64,000 bases of DNA, taken from contig JALVSY010000016.1 in the NCBI GenBank assembly GCA_027036135.1, forward strand, positions 448,001-512,000. The letters are read 5' to 3'. The DNA comes from Pyrodictiaceae archaeon (lineage in GTDB: Archaea > Thermoproteota > Thermoprotei_A > Sulfolobales > Pyrodictiaceae). Within the stretch, counting starts at the first letter, position 1. Each line of letters begins with the position of its first letter. A model generated the notes under the pieces. It was not told where the DNA came from. It made no database searches and saw only the letters and a program-made list of their open reading frames with translations. Positions 59,857 through 64,000 of this stretch are shown here, in pieces. A program made the position numbers and the translations under genes.

Positions 59857-60873
59857 TTACTTTCTCCAGCCTAGTTCTCCGTTGAGGTACTTCTCTATCG
59901 CCTTGGCAGCGTCTAGCCCGCTCTTGAGGGCGGGGCCTATTAGGCTTGGGCCGTGGCTCACGTCGCCCGCGGCGAATACTGGCTCCCTTGTTGTTCTCTT
60001 GTACTCGTCAACGTCTATTGTGCCCCATTTTGTTAGCTTTATGCCGCAGCATTCGTCCTCGAAGGGCGGTGTCGGTACCAGGCCTATGCTCTCAATGACC
60101 ATATCTGTCTCTATTGTCACGTACTCGCCTGTCCCCTCTATCCCGGGTCTCTTCTCACCAGGTCTCGGTACTAGCTTCATTTTCTCGAACTTTACTGCTT
60201 TGAGGTGTCCATCGGGTCCAGCCACGTACTCTACTGGGCTTAGTAGCTCGTGTATTATTGCTCCCTCTTCCTCGGCTTCCTTGAAGCCCCGTGGACCCGC
60301 GGGAGCGTATTGCCTCGTCCTGCGGTAGGCTAGGTGTATCTCCTTGGCGCCGAGCCACTTGGATACGTGCACAGCGTCTATCGCGGTTAGCCCGCCGCCT
60401 ATTACTACTACGCGTGGCTTTATCATTGGCTTCTCTTTACGGTACATGTATTTCCATAGGTGGTACTGGAATATCCAGTCAAACGCGTCTATTACCTCGG
60501 GGAGGTCGCGGCCAGGTATGTTAAGCCTACGACCCTTCCATGTACCAGTGGCTATGAGGACTGCGTTGTAATTGTCTATGAGGTCTTGGAGAAGTATATC
60601 CTTTCCCACCTTTACGCACTGTTTGAACTCTACGCCCATGTTTATGAGCTCGCGCATACCCTCCTTGACCTTTGGCTTGTTAACGTGTATCTCGAGGACA
60701 CCAAAGATGAGGAGACCACCTGGCTCGGGGAGCATATCGAAGACTGTTACGTTGAAGCCCTTGCACCTCAGGTAGCCAGCGGCTGCGAGGCCAGCTGGCC
60801 CAGCTCCTATGATCGCGACTTTCTCTTCCCGGGGCTTTGCTTCTCCGGGCTTACAGCCAATCACGAAGCGCAC
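59857..60873 (-). CDS. FAD/NAD(P)H oxidoreductase, GltD/SudA-like without the N-terminal Fe-S domain
   Basis: IIGAGPAGL, PGGLLIFG, VIGGGLTAID, YRR, VFAAGD; likely GTG start at 60873. Confidence 0.9.
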   Translation of the reverse strand: MRFVIGCKPGEAKPREEKVAIIGAGPAGLAAAGYLRCKGFNVTVFDMLPEPGGLLIFGVLEIHVNKPKVKEGMRELINMGVEFKQCVKVGKDILLQDLIDNYNAVLIATGTWKGRRLNIPGRDLPEVIDAFDWIFQYHLWKYMYRKEKPMIKPRVVVIGGGLTAIDAVHVSKWLGAKEIHLAYRRTRQYAPAGPRGFKEAEEEGAIIHELLSPVEYVAGPDGHLKAVKFEKMKLVPRPGEKRPGIEGTGEYVTIETDMVIESIGLVPTPPFEDECCGIKLTKWGTIDVDEYKRTTREPVFAAGDVSHGPSLIGPALKSGLDAAKAIEKYLNGELGWRK

Positions 60874-60954
60874 AGAAGTTTCGCCTCCAAGTGTTAAAGA
60901 AAACAATCGCCGTGGGTTAAGAACATGGTGGGAAACAGTGTCCTAAAAGTAGGA

Positions 60955-62106
60955 CTAGGCCCGGGCCCTGGCAAGCTCCTCGGCGACTCTCTTTCCCTGT
61001 TCGGCGCCGAAGAGGCTCCTTATACGAGGCGCTGCCTGGACATAGCCTATCGCTATGGGTGCTTGTATAACTGGTATTAGTGCGGCTGGTAGTGCTGCTA
61101 CAGGGCCGAGAGCCATAACAGCTATGGCTGCAGCTACGCTAGCGTTCTTAGTGGCTGAGAGAAACGCTACTGACATGTGCTCTTCATATCTTAGTCCTAG
61201 TAGCTTATCAGTAAAGGTTACCAGCGATAATAGTATTCCTAGGATTACTGCCTGGAGTGTAAAGATCTTTACAGCTATCATGGGTTTCCCGATTATCATT
61301 CCAGCCTTGTTAGCAACGAGCAACGCTATGAGGATTATCATTGTTATCATTGTCCAGAGCGAGAGATGGGGCTTAACCTCTTCCTCGAGCTTCGCTATAA
61401 TACACTCTTCCACGCTCTTCAAGGCCTCGTAGAGCTCCCGTACCCCAAGCCCATGGACACTAACTCCGTCTTTCAAGCACTTGTAGCCCTCTGCTCCTGT
61501 AGCGATTTTCCTCCTAGCTCTATAGTGTATGATTAGGTACCTTGTTAGCTGTCCAGCTATAAGAGGTACTAGTAGGGTTATTCCCAGCGACTCCATAATA
61601 GGCCCCATGGGGACCCTTATCGTTGCTAGCTTGGCATAGAGGGACATGTAGCCAGGGATGGCTGCAAATGCTCCGAAGAGGCTTATGAGTGCAAGCACGG
61701 TTGCCAGCTCAATGCTTCCACCAGTTAATAGCACATAGCCTATTGAGGCACTGGATGCCGGAACTATATTTGTTAGCACGAATCCCAGCGAGAGCTGCTT
61801 TACAGCGAAGAACTTGGCGAAGAACATTGCTAGTATTGGAGAGACTACGAACACCGAGATAACACCGATAATTATTGCCTTTACACGTGTAGCTGCCCTT
61901 CCCAGTTCTCCTATCCTGAGCTGTATCATTGACGGATATATTGTTAGTATCGCGAAGAATACGATGAGGTCCTTCATCTCCTCGTGGTGAGCCTTTATGC
62001 TTGAGCGTAGCGGGTAGCCTATGGCTAGTCCTATTATCATTGCTAGGATTGCGTATAGTAGAAGGTATTGTTTGAGATGCTTGGCCGCTTTTCTTACCGG
62101 ACTCAT
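60955..62106 (-). CDS. Acr3/bile acid:sodium symporter (BART) family transporter
   Basis: IYPSMI, LLVPLIAGQLTR, KNASVAAAIA; about 10 TMs. Confidence 0.8.
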   Translation of the reverse strand: MSPVRKAAKHLKQYLLLYAILAMIIGLAIGYPLRSSIKAHHEEMKDLIVFFAILTIYPSMIQLRIGELGRAATRVKAIIIGVISVFVVSPILAMFFAKFFAVKQLSLGFVLTNIVPASSASIGYVLLTGGSIELATVLALISLFGAFAAIPGYMSLYAKLATIRVPMGPIMESLGITLLVPLIAGQLTRYLIIHYRARRKIATGAEGYKCLKDGVSVHGLGVRELYEALKSVEECIIAKLEEEVKPHLSLWTMITMIILIALLVANKAGMIIGKPMIAVKIFTLQAVILGILLSLVTFTDKLLGLRYEEHMSVAFLSATKNASVAAAIAVMALGPVAALPAALIPVIQAPIAIGYVQAAPRIRSLFGAEQGKRVAEELARARA

Positions 62107-62250
62107 GTTATCACCCTTATTGACTGTCTGGTTAGTCAGTATATATTTGTTTCCCTGGCCTAGGCGGTCTCAGAATAGAATATCTCAGCAAAACACTTCT
62201 AATCATCGGCGAACCTAATCCATAAAAATCAATGAGCAGGAAGAATAACC

Positions 62251-62814
62251 ATGGGACTCGTGGAGAGGAAGACAGAGTTGCAAGAAATCGATACACGGGA
62301 GAAAATAGTAAGGGCAGCAATGAAGGTCTTCGCGTCCCACGGATTATTTCGTGCACCCTTATCACTGGTAGCAAAGGAGGCTGGGGTATCAAAGGCGCTC
62401 ATATTCTGGTACTTTGGGAGCCGTGACGAGCTAGTAAAAGAGGTTATTAAGAGAGCACTCCCAACAGACGTTGTAAAGGCGTGCCTCGAGAAGAACCTAG
62501 GCGGACGGGAACTACTCAAGTGTACGGGGGAGAAGTACTTCGAGAAGTACAGCGACCCCGTTATGAGAATGCTTCTAATCCACACTATGGCTGCCCGCGG
62601 ACTAATAGACTACGTGGACGAGGCCTTCGAGGAACTATGTACGGAATACTTAGCAAAAATAGCTGAGCGCGTATGGGGCTCACGAGACAAGGAGTCAAGG
62701 ATACGCGCAAGAATGCTGTTCGGTAGCCTCCTCTGCTACGCACTTAACCCGCCAAGAGACATAGAGCCCAAGGAGTACGTTGAGAAAATAGTTGAGGTAT
62801 TGTACAAGAAATAG
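62251..62814 (+). CDS. TetR/AcrR family regulator
   Basis: IVRAAMKVFASHG...VAKEAGVSKALIFWYFGSRDEL; divergent from the transporter. Confidence 0.92.
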   Translation: MGLVERKTELQEIDTREKIVRAAMKVFASHGLFRAPLSLVAKEAGVSKALIFWYFGSRDELVKEVIKRALPTDVVKACLEKNLGGRELLKCTGEKYFEKYSDPVMRMLLIHTMAARGLIDYVDEAFEELCTEYLAKIAERVWGSRDKESRIRARMLFGSLLCYALNPPRDIEPKEYVEKIVEVLYKK

Positions 62815-62844
62815 TCCTAGGTTGTGTAGAAAGAGCTAGGGGGT

Positions 62845-64000
62845 TTAGTCTATCTCTAGTCCTAGCTTGCGTAGATAGTCTAATAGGTTGTAATATGCCC
62901 TTATCCTTGCTATGTTCTTTGCGCCGCGTGGCCCTGGGTCCTTCATGAAGAACGCGTTCACTGGGTAAGCTGTGCCCTTGACTCCTGCGTCTTGTAGTAT
63001 CTTGCCGAGCCTTGCTAGGTCCACCATTAGGCCTGCTAGCGCGGGGCTATCGTTTATCCTCATGTTTACCGCTAGCTCGTCCTCTAGACCGTTGAATGTC
63101 TTCCACCAAATGTGCATGGCTACGAACTTCTTGTCGCCTAGAGGCTCTAGGTAGCCTGTCGGCTTGATGTAGTGCGGTGCATCGTAGCCGAGAATATCCT
63201 TGACAATACTGCTCTTGGTCTCCTCCTTCATCTTGTTCCTCTCGGGTATGGTTAGTGATAGGAAGTCAGTGTTGCCGCCGATATTGAACTGCGCTATGCT
63301 TAGCACATAGCGGTTCCGCTCAGCAAGGTGCTCTAGTAGATCAGCTGTTAGCGGGGTAGCACCAGTCGCGCCGTCATCGCCTAGTACTATGCTCTCAACG
63401 CTCTCGTAGAGCTTCACCACGGCGTCGTCGCGGGCGAGCGGGCTCGGTATAACATTTACCAGGGTTACTTTCCTGCCAGTATCCTTCGCGTATAGATAGG
63501 TAGCGTATGCATAGGCGTGGCTAGCGCTGACGCCCTCACCGGCCTCGATGGCCTTCTCGAGAGCCTCTACATCATTAAAGGCCTTGGCGGGCTCAGTGTT
63601 TATCACGTTGAAGACCACGTCTGGGCTCATCTTTTTGAGTTCAGCGACCAGCGCCTCGATAGCGTCCTTTAGTGAGCCGGTCTCGTCCTCTAGGCCCTTA
63701 GCCTTGAATGGTAGGTCTCGTAGCGAGCCTAGGTGAATACCCCTCTTCACGACAATGTTTCTCAGCGTCTCTGGTACAGGTAGGATATCGCCTACGGCCT
63801 CCTTGGCTACCTCGTAGAGGGTCTTGCCCACCTTGGCCTCGTCGACATCGAAGCTACCAACGATCTCTATATCCTCTATCCTGTAGGGTAGCTTGAACCT
63901 CGCTAGTGGCACGCCATAGGGCTCTACTTCGCCCCTCTTTATCCTCTCAACTCCTACCACGAAGTGAGTTGCGACAAGACCTTGTCCATATATTGCTACG
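62845..64000 (-). CDS. ino1: myo-inositol-1-phosphate synthase, 5'-partial
   Basis: Frame open to the window edge (VAIYGQGLVA); GDDGATG, QFNIGGNTDF, INDSPALAG, AFFMK. Confidence 0.95.
   Translation of the reverse strand, partial: VAIYGQGLVATHFVVGVERIKRGEVEPYGVPLARFKLPYRIEDIEIVGSFDVDEAKVGKTLYEVAKEAVGDILPVPETLRNIVVKRGIHLGSLRDLPFKAKGLEDETGSLKDAIEALVAELKKMSPDVVFNVINTEPAKAFNDVEALEKAIEAGEGVSASHAYAYATYLYAKDTGRKVTLVNVIPSPLARDDAVVKLYESVESIVLGDDGATGATPLTADLLEHLAERNRYVLSIAQFNIGGNTDFLSLTIPERNKMKEETKSSIVKDILGYDAPHYIKPTGYLEPLGDKKFVAMHIWWKTFNGLEDELAVNMRINDSPALAGLMVDLARLGKILQDAGVKGTAYPVNAFFMKDPGPRGAKNIARIRAYYNLLDYLRKLGLEID

Noticed and set aside
60916-60924. SurR-like GTT-N3-AAC site upstream of the oxidoreductase
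   Set aside because: A 6-bp motif is expected many times by chance in 64 kb

Overview
64 kb from a hyperthermophilic crenarchaeon. Gene content, frequent TTG/GTG starts, GGTGA/GGAGG SD sites and a tRNA intron in the variable loop suggest Desulfurococcales, probably Pyrodictiaceae (inference). Housekeeping and metabolic genes include nth, carbamate kinase, pepA, amt-glnK, a prefoldin alpha/beta pair, cutA, ino1, a ferritin-encapsulin fusion and ABC/MATE transporters. There are two tRNAs: Leu-CAA, and Lys-CTT with a 34-nt BHB intron at 45/46. The accessory load is heavy: three HEPN-MNT pairs, a solo HEPN, four PaREP1-like genes, four coiled-coil paREP-type genes and at least six disrupted genes. 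No CRISPR array, integrase, transposase or rRNA was seen. Best leads: (1) a stand-alone 1479-aa P-loop ATPase with a long coiled coil and winged helices; (2) a PaREP1-flanked island (24.3-33.7 kb) with two anchored-plus-secreted protein pairs, HEPN-MNT modules and a structured GC-rich RNA candidate; (3) three genes whose conserved N-termini appear to start at ATA/ACG behind good SD sites; (4) paralogous coiled-coil genes just downstream of both tRNA 3' ends; (5) an uncharacterised three-gene operon with a shared GMP helix-hairpin motif. All family calls come from motif recognition by eye, not database searches.
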